Positions 19,269 through 27,626 of a stretch of 64,000 nt of DNA are shown in pieces. Made by a program: the position numbers and the translations under genes. The stretch's first letter is position 1. Each line of letters begins with the position of its first letter. The notes beneath the pieces were generated by a model that had not been told where the DNA came from, did not search any database, and saw only the letters and a program-made list of their open reading frames with translations. Location of the stretch: the IMG/VR virus record IMGVR_UViG_3300035093_000027; one strand, 5' to 3'. Origin of the DNA: an uncultured virus (IMG/VR IMGVR_UViG_3300035093_000027). Taxonomy: Duplodnaviria; Heunggongvirae; Uroviricota; Caudoviricetes.

Positions 19269-20182
19269 CCGCGCTCTTCCTGAACCACCAGACCGAGCGC
19301 TGCGGCGTGTACCAGATGGGCCGCCGGATCGGCCACACGCTGCGCGATGCCGGCGTCGCTAGCTACCTCGAGACGTGGGATCTGGGCACCGCGCTCGCGG
19401 TGGTACAGCAGCAGCAACCGGCGGTCGTGATCTACAACTGGCACCCGTCGACGCTGCCGTGGGCGCCGACGCTGATGGCCCGCTTCCCCGAGCGCAAGCA
19501 CGTCGGTCTGATCCACGAGATCGCCCCGGACGCTCCGACGGTCGGCGCCGATCTGTTCCGCTACCGGATGATCTGCGACCCGACGTTCCCGGTCGACGGC
19601 CGCACCACGTTCCGGAGCGTGCGCCACGTCCCGCGCGCGCAGCTCGAGACGCCCAGCAACGATCGCTTCACGGTCGGATCCTTCGGATTCGCCGTCGGCG
19701 GCAAGATGTTCGCGACCGTCGCCCATGCCGTGGGCGCCGCGTTTCCTGGCGCGCGTGTGCGCCTGCGGATCCCCTCGGCCCAATACGGTGACGCCGCGGG
19801 CACGCTCGCGCGTCAAGCCGCAGACGCTGCTCGAGCGGTCACGGTCGGTGGCGTCAGCGTGGAGGTAGAGCACGAGTTCCTCGGCGAGGACGCGCTGGTG
19901 CGCTGGATCGGCGCCAACGACCTGAACGTGTTCTTCTACGAGCCCAACGGCGGCCGCGGGATCTCGAGCGTCATCGACTACGCCATTGCGGGCCAGCGCC
20001 CGATCGCGGTGAACCAAAGCCAGATGTTCCGGCACGTGCACGACGTACTGGGCGCGTGGCCGAGCATGTCGCTTCAGGGGGCGCTGTCCCTGAGCAAGCA
20101 CGCCGTACCAGCTCTCTACGACGCTTGGACTCCTGAGCGCCTCGCTCGTGACTACGCGGATATGATCTCCGCACTGGGGTGA
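19265..20182 (+). CDS. Putative GT-B (GT4-like) glycosyltransferase
   Basis: [28 protein letters not shown]; cluster context. Confidence 0.6.
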   Translation: MTALFLNHQTERCGVYQMGRRIGHTLRDAGVASYLETWDLGTALAVVQQQQPAVVIYNWHPSTLPWAPTLMARFPERKHVGLIHEIAPDAPTVGADLFRYRMICDPTFPVDGRTTFRSVRHVPRAQLETPSNDRFTVGSFGFAVGGKMFATVAHAVGAAFPGARVRLRIPSAQYGDAAGTLARQAADAARAVTVGGVSVEVEHEFLGEDALVRWIGANDLNVFFYEPNGGRGISSVIDYAIAGQRPIAVNQSQMFRHVHDVLGAWPSMSLQGALSLSKHAVPALYDAWTPERLARDYADMISALG

Positions 20183-20185
20183 CCA

Positions 20186-20812
20186 ATGAACACGCTCGCA
20201 CTGTGCGTCGTCGCGAAGGATGCTGCCGAGCTCGATCAGTGGATGAAGGCCCACGATCTGACGGTGGTCGACGAGCTCGTCGCGGTGAACAACCAAGGCG
20301 GTCGCTTCGGCGGCTACGGCCACGTGTCACAGCGGGCACTCGACGGCACGACCTCCTTCGTGTTCGGGATCTGCCACGCCGACACCCTGTTCATCGGAGA
20401 CGCACTCGCCGTGTTCCGCGACGTCGCGGCGGTGGGCAACGTGACTGGCATGGTGGGCCGCATGCCCGATGGCGAGTACCGCTGGTCGAAGAGCGGCATG
20501 ACGCACTCGCCGACCTGTCTCGACGGATGCGCGGTGTTCTTCCGCCGCGACTCGGGCCTGAAGTTCGACTGGCAGCGCTTTGACGGATTCCACTGCGTCG
20601 GCGAGGACGTCGCGCTCGCGGCCCGAGCCCGCGGAATCCCGCTCGTGATCCCGCACGCGAACGCCGAGCATACGAGCACGAGCAACTTCCCCCCTGGCGC
20701 CGACCACAGCACCGGAAACGCGCAGTGGCTGCACGATCCGAACAGCGGCTACTACCGATACGTCAAGCTGCTACGGGCTAAGTACCCGCAGTTGCAGTTC
20801 CACGTGAGCTGA
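20186..20812 (+). CDS. GT-A-like glycosyltransferase
   Basis: ICHADT, LDGCAVF, FDGFHCVGEDVAL. Confidence 0.7.
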   Translation: MNTLALCVVAKDAAELDQWMKAHDLTVVDELVAVNNQGGRFGGYGHVSQRALDGTTSFVFGICHADTLFIGDALAVFRDVAAVGNVTGMVGRMPDGEYRWSKSGMTHSPTCLDGCAVFFRRDSGLKFDWQRFDGFHCVGEDVALAARARGIPLVIPHANAEHTSTSNFPPGADHSTGNAQWLHDPNSGYYRYVKLLRAKYPQLQFHVS

Positions 20813-21258
20813 TGCTGCACCGCATCGCAGCGGTGATCGCCACCGATGCCGGCCGCTCGCGGTTCCTCGTGCAGCGCAAGGACGAGAGCTACCGCTACCC
20901 GCTCGCGCTCGCGCTCTTCGGCGGCGCGGTCGAGGCCGGCGAGAGCGACAGGCAAGCCATCGAGCGGGAGATCGTCGAGGAGTTGGGGATCCACAGCGCA
21001 ATGCTGCTCTTGGACGCTGGTCTCGACTGGGTCGCCGAGGTCGATCTCGGCTACCCGTTCGTGCTCTTCGAGGCTGTCATGCGCAGCGGGGCGCTCGACG
21101 TAGTAGCCGAGCGCCCCGTGTTCGAGGGAAAGCGAGCTGAGATCGTTGCTCGTGATCTTCTACTGACGGACCCGTCGTGGATGCCGGGTCTCGTCGAGGT
21201 GTTGCGCGTCTATCTCAGCCGGCGTAGCCCGGCACCCACTCCGGATCCTCGATCGTGA
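20812..21258 (+). CDS. NUDIX hydrolase
   Basis: Nudix box GGAVEAGESDRQAIEREIVEELG. Confidence 0.9.
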   Translation: MLHRIAAVIATDAGRSRFLVQRKDESYRYPLALALFGGAVEAGESDRQAIEREIVEELGIHSAMLLLDAGLDWVAEVDLGYPFVLFEAVMRSGALDVVAERPVFEGKRAEIVARDLLLTDPSWMPGLVEVLRVYLSRRSPAPTPDPRS

Positions 21259-22162
21259 AGTCGACGTCGAAGGTCTCGTCGGTGACGATGATGCCTTCGC
21301 CCTCGTCCAGCGACAGGATGAGGTTGATCGTGCACGCCCCTCCACAGTCGTCGACGAAGGCCGTGGGCGGCTCGAAGTTGCCATCGTAGCGGGGGAACCC
21401 GCTGATCCGGATGTCGTCGATCACGGCGTCCTTGAGGCGCCAGAATGACGTCGGATCCTCCGTGGCCGTGCCGCCGATCGTCCACTTGGTGCCGCCGGCT
21501 GAGGAGATCGCGCCGTTGGCCTGGCTGTCGGCGACCACTGCGATGCCGTCGACGTGCAGGAACACCGTGGTGCCATCCTTGGTCGCCGCGAGGTGGTGCC
21601 AGCCTTCGCCGATCTCGGTCACGGTCGGTCCCATCGTCATGCGGTTGATCTGCGTGCCGTCGAGGTACGAGAACACGAACGTGTGCCAGTCCGGGTGCAG
21701 GTAGAACGCCCATCCGGCGGTGGAGTCGAGGTTCTCGGACGCGAAGATGATGCCAGTCGAGTCGGTGTCCGTGATCTGCACCCACGCTTCGACGGTGAAG
21801 TCGGATGCGGTCCACTCGTACTCGCCGCCCTCTCCGATCTTGAGGCCTCGTGACGACCCGTCGAACTCCAGCGCCCAGTCGGGAGGTTCCGGCTCGCCGG
21901 TGCTCGATGATTCGTCGTCGGCCTCGGCGCCATCGTCGGATGTCGATCCTTCGTCACTCGACGACTCGTCGTCGGTGTCATCATCGGCGCTGCTCGTGCC
22001 CGAGGGTCCGTCGTCGTCGGCGTCATCGTCGGCCGTTGGATCGGTGTCGTCGTCGTCGGCTTCGTCGCCCGAGCTGCTCGAGTCCTCGAAGGCGGGGTTG
22101 CCCTCGGTCACCATTGGGCAAGCGCAGAGCAGAGCGGCCAGGGGCAGGAGTGCGTGTCGCAT
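21215..22162 (-). CDS. Lipoprotein with acidic linker and LamG/concanavalin-like domain
   Basis: MRHALLPLAALLCAC lipobox, D/S/E linker, FTVEAWV, WHHLAAT, LHVDG, IDDIRIS. Confidence 0.85.
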   Translation of the reverse strand: MRHALLPLAALLCACPMVTEGNPAFEDSSSSGDEADDDDTDPTADDDADDDGPSGTSSADDDTDDESSSDEGSTSDDGAEADDESSSTGEPEPPDWALEFDGSSRGLKIGEGGEYEWTASDFTVEAWVQITDTDSTGIIFASENLDSTAGWAFYLHPDWHTFVFSYLDGTQINRMTMGPTVTEIGEGWHHLAATKDGTTVFLHVDGIAVVADSQANGAISSAGGTKWTIGGTATEDPTSFWRLKDAVIDDIRISGFPRYDGNFEPPTAFVDDCGGACTINLILSLDEGEGIIVTDETFDVDFTIEDPEWVPGYAG

Positions 22163-22345
22163 CGTTCGGTCCTCTCTTGGGGCGCAGCTCCTCGCCGCAC
22201 CGGTTGTGGGTTCCAAGGGGCCATGGTCGCGCAGACCCGAACCCGTGTCGCCCCGACACTGACGCACCACGGATGCAGTTCATTCGCGCCAGCCGACGAC
22301 CGTTTCGCGATCTTCCGGTCCTACGTACCGCGGCCCGCGCCACCC

Positions 22346-22357
22346 CTGGTAGGGTCC
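22346..22357 (+). promoter_or_regulatory. Conserved promoter motif CTGGTAGGGTCC, leaderless
   Basis: TAGGGT ends 8 nt before ATG 22364. Confidence 0.7.
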
Positions 22358-22363
22358 GGCGCG

Positions 22364-22840
22364 ATGAGACTCCGCGACAAGATCACGTCGTTCTTCGACG
22401 CCGCCAAGGAACTCGCGCTGGAAATATCCTCGCCGTGGGACACCACGGCGAGATGGGAGATGATGCAGGGAACCTTCATGATTCCCGTGCTGGTCGAGAT
22501 CGGTAAGCCGGGCGATACGACGATCCTGATCACTCCGAAGGAGCGCGCGTACATCATCGCTGCCCGATCGTTCATGGATGCCAAGCTCGTTCATGTCATG
22601 TCGATCAAGCAGACGAAGGCCTACGACACCGAAGATCCGGCATACGTGGGACTGAACCGTGGAGCCGATGCCGGCTTCGACATCGCCTTCTGGAGCACCG
22701 ATGACGACTGCTGCCCCTTCGACTTCGGTGAGGCTGATCCGGATCATCCGATCCAAATGGTCGTGCGTCCGGTCGATGGCGTGACGTTTCCGCTGACGGT
22801 GAACATGGTGGTCTTCGCCAAGCCGACTCGTCGCCGATGA
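22364..22840 (+). CDS. Beta-rich hypothetical protein (candidate virion protein)
   Basis: Directly follows the promoter motif; DDDCCPF. Confidence 0.7.
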   Translation: MRLRDKITSFFDAAKELALEISSPWDTTARWEMMQGTFMIPVLVEIGKPGDTTILITPKERAYIIAARSFMDAKLVHVMSIKQTKAYDTEDPAYVGLNRGADAGFDIAFWSTDDDCCPFDFGEADPDHPIQMVVRPVDGVTFPLTVNMVVFAKPTRRR

Positions 22841-22968
22841 AGCCCCGCCGAGTATCGGGCGCCCCGCGCGGGGTCACCGGTTCGTTAGCGCACGAGCACA
22901 GGGCGATCAAGCACAAGATCCACTTCATGCGCGCCCCGACGTGTGCAGGAGCCGGGCCATTCCAAGGG

Positions 22969-22978
22969 TGGTAGGGTC
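22969..22978 (+). promoter_or_regulatory. Conserved promoter motif TGGTAGGGTC, leaderless
   Basis: TAGGGT ends 6 nt before GTG 22984. Confidence 0.7.
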
Positions 22979-22983
22979 GGCCC

Positions 22984-24747
22984 GTGACGGGCCGGATCCG
23001 CGCTACCAACCCTCAGGCCCGCCGCGAGTACGTCGACGCCGTCACGGGCGCCCGCACCCGCGCGGGAGTCCCCGGCTCGAGACGCAGCGGTCGACTCGTC
23101 ACCCGCGTGCGCCCGCGCGCGGACGCACCCTTCGAGGTGCTCGCGATCGATCCGGAGGATCTCGACCCCGCGCGCGACACGTTCGGGATCGATCCGGCCA
23201 CGACCAAGGGGCTACGCGAGCGATCTCGCTCGCAAGCTCGAGGGCGCGAGCCCAAGCCGATGCGCCGCGATGCCGATCTCGACCTCGGACGCGCAGGCGC
23301 GTCGACGACGTTCGCGTCGGGGCGAGCCGCCGCCGACGCGTTCATGCGCAACAACGCGTCGTTCTTCGACCACCCGCTGTTCGAGTCCACCGATCCGCTC
23401 GACATCACCCGCGACTTCATGGACGGCATCGAGGTCCGCAGCGGCAAGGGTCACAAGCGGCTGGCCGACACCCCGCGCGGCGACGAGATCCTCGGCGGCG
23501 GCGGGCGGGGCCACTCCGCGGTCGCGCGCGAGATGCTCGTCTACCTCATGGGGCAGGCCGGCGGCTCGAGGCGGTGGCGCGACGTGCCGTGGATGCTCGT
23601 CGACAGCTACGTCGACCGGATCGCGGTCGCGATGCAGGAGGAGGCGAAGCGCCAAGGGCGAGCAGCTCCGAGCCGTGGCCTGACGTGGTACCCGCTGTCG
23701 TCGGGCGTCTACCAGCCCGAGGAGGTCGTCGCGCTCGCCGTCGATGAGCTCGGCGAGGCCAAGGCGCGCAAGCTCGCCGCTTGGCTGAACAGCCAGTCGC
23801 TCTACGAGACGTCCGACCGGCTCGAGCACGTGCTCAAGCCCGTGAAGGGCGCCAAGGGCAAGACGGCCCGGCGCGCGCGCAAGTGCCTCTCGAAGGACGA
23901 CAGGGCCACAGTGCGCCGACGGATCCGGGAGATCCGCGAGTGGGCAGCATTCCCCGAGCAAGTCCCGAGCTGGGCGTGCGTGTCGAGCCGCGAGACGGAG
24001 TCGACGTCGGTGCCCGTCTGCATGTACCCGGCGCTCGAGGACGAGATCCGGCGTCTGCTCGCCGCGTGCGACGTCCCGTACGACTCGGACTGGCCGACGC
24101 GCGAGCACGCACGCCTGTGCGCCTCGGGCAGCACGGACACGTCCGGCCTACCGCCGCAGCCGTGCCCGGGCGACCACGACGATGACGACGAGGAGTTCGA
24201 GTCGCCCGTCGACGACGAGCTCGACCTGCCGTGGGAGAACCCAAGACGACGACACAACCCGCTGCAGTTCGCGAAGGTCAACGAGTATGGCGTACGCTTC
24301 GAGTCCGGCGTTCCGGTGACGTTCGAGTTCATGCGCAACACCGAGCGATCGCCCTACTTCGGATCGACGTACCAGCAAGACATCGAGCCTGCTGGCCGCT
24401 ACGTCCTGCACCAGCCTCCATCATCGGTGCAACAAGCGCCATGGGAGTTCGGAACGACGACGTTCAGAAAGCCGCTGGTCCTCGCGTTCAGCTCCGGAAA
24501 CGAGACGCGATACGACGAGCGCAGTTGGAAGGCGCAACTGCAGAAGGCGTACGGCAAGACCGGCAAGGCGCTCTCGCGTGCGCTTCAGAAAGACGGCTAC
24601 GACGGGATCGTCACCGTCGAGATGTCGCGAAGCGGAAAGCCCTTGGGCACCAGCGAGATCGTCGACCTGCGCGTGGTGAAGAACCCTCGCAAGAAAAACC
24701 CGTCGCCGCGCGCGACCACCATGACCCGACGACTGGGGAGGCTGTGA
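22984..24747 (+). CDS. NP-delimited multidomain protein; C-terminal ADP-ribosyltransferase-like (polyvalent-type) domain; C-terminal tag
   Basis: ENPRRRHNP linker, FRKPLVL...LQKDGYDGIVTV...SEIVDL; ends NPSPRATTMTRRLGRL*. Confidence 0.7.
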   Translation: MTGRIRATNPQARREYVDAVTGARTRAGVPGSRRSGRLVTRVRPRADAPFEVLAIDPEDLDPARDTFGIDPATTKGLRERSRSQARGREPKPMRRDADLDLGRAGASTTFASGRAAADAFMRNNASFFDHPLFESTDPLDITRDFMDGIEVRSGKGHKRLADTPRGDEILGGGGRGHSAVAREMLVYLMGQAGGSRRWRDVPWMLVDSYVDRIAVAMQEEAKRQGRAAPSRGLTWYPLSSGVYQPEEVVALAVDELGEAKARKLAAWLNSQSLYETSDRLEHVLKPVKGAKGKTARRARKCLSKDDRATVRRRIREIREWAAFPEQVPSWACVSSRETESTSVPVCMYPALEDEIRRLLAACDVPYDSDWPTREHARLCASGSTDTSGLPPQPCPGDHDDDDEEFESPVDDELDLPWENPRRRHNPLQFAKVNEYGVRFESGVPVTFEFMRNTERSPYFGSTYQQDIEPAGRYVLHQPPSSVQQAPWEFGTTTFRKPLVLAFSSGNETRYDERSWKAQLQKAYGKTGKALSRALQKDGYDGIVTVEMSRSGKPLGTSEIVDLRVVKNPRKKNPSPRATTMTRRLGRL

Positions 24748-24896
24748 TGCATAAGAAGCGACGAAGGAACACGAAGTCCCTCGCCAAGGCGCAGAACCTC
24801 GGACCGCTCGGCTGGGTCGGCGTCGGCGTCGGCACGGTTGCGGTGGTGGGTGTCGTGCTCGCCGGAGTGGTGTTCTACCGCCTCACGAGGCTGTGA
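24747..24896 (+). CDS. Small single-TM protein with basic N-terminus
   Basis: MHKKRRRNTK...WVGVGVGTVAVVGVVLAGVVFYRLTRL*; coupled start. Confidence 0.7.
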   Translation: MHKKRRRNTKSLAKAQNLGPLGWVGVGVGTVAVVGVVLAGVVFYRLTRL

Positions 24897-25982
24897 GTGC
24901 GACGCCAGAAGAACATCCCGAAGTTCGACGATCTGCATCGGAACTTCCGAGACGCGCTCCGCAACTTGGAGTCCGCGCCTTCGATCACGACAGCGCGCGC
25001 CGTGTTCCTCGCTGCCTTCCATCTCGCGCCTGTCGTGGTGCACGACAAGCAGGTGCCGGCAAGCGAGTTGAAGGACTTCGAGAAGATCGTGCGTGATGCC
25101 GATCGTCGTCGCTATCCGAAGGATATCGGCGCGTGGCTGGTGAAGAACGGCGCGGGACTGCATGCGCTCTTGCGCAGCACGGACTGGCCGGACAAGGGTG
25201 CGTCCGACGACCAACGCATCGGGTCGTTCTTGGTCCACAACCAGACCGGCCGGGACGTCTCGACCAACGTCAAGCTGCTCGAGACGGCCGAGACTCTCAT
25301 GCGCGACAGCGGGATCCCGCGCATCGACGACGCGGTCTACGGCGACGTCTACTTCGTCGGTGACATCGCCAAGAGTCGCAAGACGATGGCGCGGTACTAC
25401 CCGGAGAACGACACGATCCACATTATCGTCGTGAAGCGGTTCGAGGCCGACACGCTGAACTCGATCCTCCACGAGTTCGGTCACCGGTACTACCAGCGGA
25501 TCTGCAAGAGCGGACCTGCGCGCGCGCAGTGGGACGCGCACCACCGCGAAGTCGGACGTCGCGGAATGGATATGCCTCTGCCGAAGCCAGGCGACGTGCT
25601 GCCCACCGACAAGGGCGACCGCGTGGTGAAGTCGGTCGACGTCGATCGCCGCGGCAACGTCATCGTCTCGCTCGAGGGCAACTCCTACATCCCCGCGGCG
25701 GGCTACCGCAGGGTCATGGCCCAGAAGGCCTATCCGACGCTGTACGCGGCCAAGGATCCCGAGGAGCACTTCTGCGAGTCGTTCGCCCTGTTCTGCATGG
25801 GGGAACTGCCCGAGCCGCACCGCGCACCGTTCGAGAAGATCGTTGGTGTCGAGCGCCGAGCACCTGCGCCTGTCGCCGCTCCTGCTCCACCGCCATCGCC
25901 ACCCGGTCCGAAGGGCCAACTCGCGATGTTCAACCCATCCGCGCGCTCGAGCGCGATGTTGCGGCGTCTGACGAGGCTGTGA
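24897..25982 (+). CDS. Zincin metallopeptidase-like protein with C-terminal tag
   Basis: ILHEFGHRY (HExxH) and YAAKDPEEHFCESF; ends NPSARSSAMLRRLTRL*. Confidence 0.8.
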   Translation: MRRQKNIPKFDDLHRNFRDALRNLESAPSITTARAVFLAAFHLAPVVVHDKQVPASELKDFEKIVRDADRRRYPKDIGAWLVKNGAGLHALLRSTDWPDKGASDDQRIGSFLVHNQTGRDVSTNVKLLETAETLMRDSGIPRIDDAVYGDVYFVGDIAKSRKTMARYYPENDTIHIIVVKRFEADTLNSILHEFGHRYYQRICKSGPARAQWDAHHREVGRRGMDMPLPKPGDVLPTDKGDRVVKSVDVDRRGNVIVSLEGNSYIPAAGYRRVMAQKAYPTLYAAKDPEEHFCESFALFCMGELPEPHRAPFEKIVGVERRAPAPVAAPAPPPSPPGPKGQLAMFNPSARSSAMLRRLTRL

Positions 25983-26911
25983 TGGCGCGCTACCGCTACC
26001 TCGGCACCGACGACGAGGCCAGCACGTGCTCGTGCTGCGGCAAGCGGGGGCTGAAGCGCGTCGTGTGGCTGGCCGAGCTCGACGAGGACGGCAACGAGGC
26101 CGGCGAGGCCGCGCACTACGGCACGACCTGCGCCGGCCACCTGCTGCGCGGCGGCCTCGGCAAGAAGCCTACGGTCTCCCAAGCGAACGACGTCATCGCG
26201 CATGCGAAGGCGCGCTCGAAGGCGCAGTTCCACGACGAGTTCTCGCAGGCGCTCGATGCGACGGCGCACCTGAAGCCACCGGCGCCCACGCTCGGACGCG
26301 GACGAAGCGGGCAGTACGTCGTCATCGTCGGCGACGTACAGGAGACGTATGCGGGCAGCTTCGAGACGGATCCCGACGAGTCGTGGCGTCGCTGGTCCCG
26401 CGACAAGACGAGCGCAGCCAACCGTGCATGGCACGAACGGCGCGCGCTCGAGCACATGACCAAGCTCGGACAGCGCACGGATCTCGCGTCCGCGCACATC
26501 GGCAACCGCATGGCCAACCCTGACGACGACTTCGACGACGAGGACGACTCCGACGCGCCGCAGAGCTACCGCGACTTCAACGCGTGGATCCGGGCGCTCA
26601 AGGCTCGCAAGAACGAGTTCATCGAGGAGCACCGCAAGATCTTCGAGCGCGACGGGATCGTGGTTGTGCCGGGCTACGATGGGCGCTACCAACTCGTGCT
26701 CACGCGGGGCACTACTTCGCCCTACCGCGTCACCGATTTCATAGGCGACGAGCCAACGGGGCACAGCGAGCGAGACAAGCTCGACGAAGCGCTCGCGCTG
26801 TTGTGGGAGGACGCGACGCCCGAGTACAAGCGGGCGCCGCCGATGCCCAAGCGCGCGACCAACCCGGGCGCCCGCGCCACCAAGCTCGCTCGACGCGTCG
26901 GCTCGCTGTGA
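25982..26911 (+). CDS. Two-domain protein (N-terminal Cys Zn-finger) with C-terminal tag
   Basis: TCSCCGKRGLKRVV...YGTTCA; internal ANPDDDFDD; ends NPGARATKLARRVGSL*. Confidence 0.75.
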   Translation: MARYRYLGTDDEASTCSCCGKRGLKRVVWLAELDEDGNEAGEAAHYGTTCAGHLLRGGLGKKPTVSQANDVIAHAKARSKAQFHDEFSQALDATAHLKPPAPTLGRGRSGQYVVIVGDVQETYAGSFETDPDESWRRWSRDKTSAANRAWHERRALEHMTKLGQRTDLASAHIGNRMANPDDDFDDEDDSDAPQSYRDFNAWIRALKARKNEFIEEHRKIFERDGIVVVPGYDGRYQLVLTRGTTSPYRVTDFIGDEPTGHSERDKLDEALALLWEDATPEYKRAPPMPKRATNPGARATKLARRVGSL

Positions 26912-26924
26912 GGTACGATCGCGG

Positions 26925-27260
26925 CTCGGACCAGCCGCAGGTGTCCGAGGTGCGAAAACAGCGGCAGCGCGCGACGAGATTGTCCTTTCACTCGGGCGCG
27001 CGCGCGACCCCCAACGTCGTAGTGGCACACCGTCTGGCCGATGGTGAGGGGGTCGCTCTTGCCGGTTCGGCTAGGCCAGCACGTCGACGAGGAGGCGCTC
27101 GAGCGCGCCTTCGCTCCACTTCGGTGCAGGACCGGAAAGACGCAGAGCTCTACGCGCCATGATCCGAGCGTGAGCATCGGCGGCAGCAAGGAAGGCAACG
27201 CGAGCAGCGTGGGCGGTCTCTCGGATCGTCGTGGACATGATGGTGTCATCGGCATGTCGT
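26925..27260 (+). ncRNA. Candidate structured ncRNA
   Basis: TACGAT -10 box at 26914; a series of nested stems including a C-UUCG-G loop; no convincing ORF. Confidence 0.5.
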
Positions 27261-27282
27261 CGCTCGTCTGAAGGTCCAATGT

Positions 27283-27314
27283 GGGCCTGAAGGGCCTGTG
27301 GGCCTGTGGGCCTG
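27283..27314. repeat. GGGCCTG x4 tandem repeat
   Basis: Copies at 27283, 27292, 27300 and 27308, directly upstream of a -35 box. Confidence 0.8.
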
Positions 27315-27317
27315 GAC

Positions 27318-27346
27318 TTGACGCCGACCGTGGTCGGCTCCATGCT
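27318..27346 (+). promoter_or_regulatory. Sigma70-type promoter with operator-like palindrome in the spacer
   Basis: TTGACG-N17-CATGCT; GCCGACC-GT-GGTCGGC at 27323-27338. Confidence 0.6.
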
Positions 27347-27403
27347 GGTGCTCGTGACGTCGTCGCATTGACCGTCAGCCCACGAGGCCGACGCCAATCT
27401 CGG

Positions 27404-27441
27404 AACCCCGCCTCGAGCACCGTGCTCGACGCGGGGTTTTT
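27404..27441 (+). terminator. Intrinsic terminator / attenuator upstream of the tRNA-like genes
   Basis: AACCCCGC..TCGAGCAC-C-GTGCTCGA..GCGGGGTTTTT. Confidence 0.8.
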
Positions 27442-27460
27442 GCGTTCGTCGTCGCTTCGC

Positions 27461-27533
27461 GGGGGAGTAGCTCAGAGCAGAGCGTTCGGGTTCGCCCGGA
27501 AGGTCGTGGGTTCGCGCCCCGCCTCCCCCACCA
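27461..27533 (+). tRNA. tRNA-like gene; anticodon arm closed by a UUCG-type loop (no canonical anticodon); CCA encoded
   Basis: Acceptor GGGGGAG/CTCCCCC-A-CCA, D-arm GCTC/GAGC, 16-nt anticodon arm, AGGTC variable loop, T-arm GTGGG-TTCGCGC-CCCGC. Confidence 0.75.
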
Positions 27534-27535
27534 AT

Positions 27536-27610
27536 GCGCTGATAGCTCAGTCGGTAGAGCGTCCGGAGTAATGATCCGGAAGGTCGCAGGTTCGAAGCCT
27601 GCTCGGCGCT
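27536..27610 (+). tRNA. tRNA-like gene with extended anticodon arm (nominal AAT)
   Basis: Acceptor GCGCTGA/TCGGCGC, D-arm GCTC-AGTCGGTA-GAGC, TCCGGA-GTAATGA-TCCGGA, T-arm GCAGG-TTCGAAG-CCTGC; followed by CCG rather than CCA. Confidence 0.75.
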
Positions 27611-27626
27611 CCGCAGGAGGATCGTG

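Noticed and set aside
9600..21258. Host O-antigen/capsule locus marking chromosomal DNA
   Set aside because: No wzx, wzy, wzm/wzt or initiating transferase; it is coupled to a phage-type MTase and embedded among phage-like genes.
22605..22928. Minus-strand ORF starting MKWILCLIALCSC (lipobox-like)
   Set aside because: It overlaps the promoter-supported plus-strand gene by more than 200 nt and the remainder looks like antisense translation; a short real gene cannot be excluded.
27126..27146. CAGGACCGGAAAGACGCAG resembling the SRP RNA domain IV motif
   Set aside because: The bases flanking GGAA do not pair and the long SRP helix is absent.
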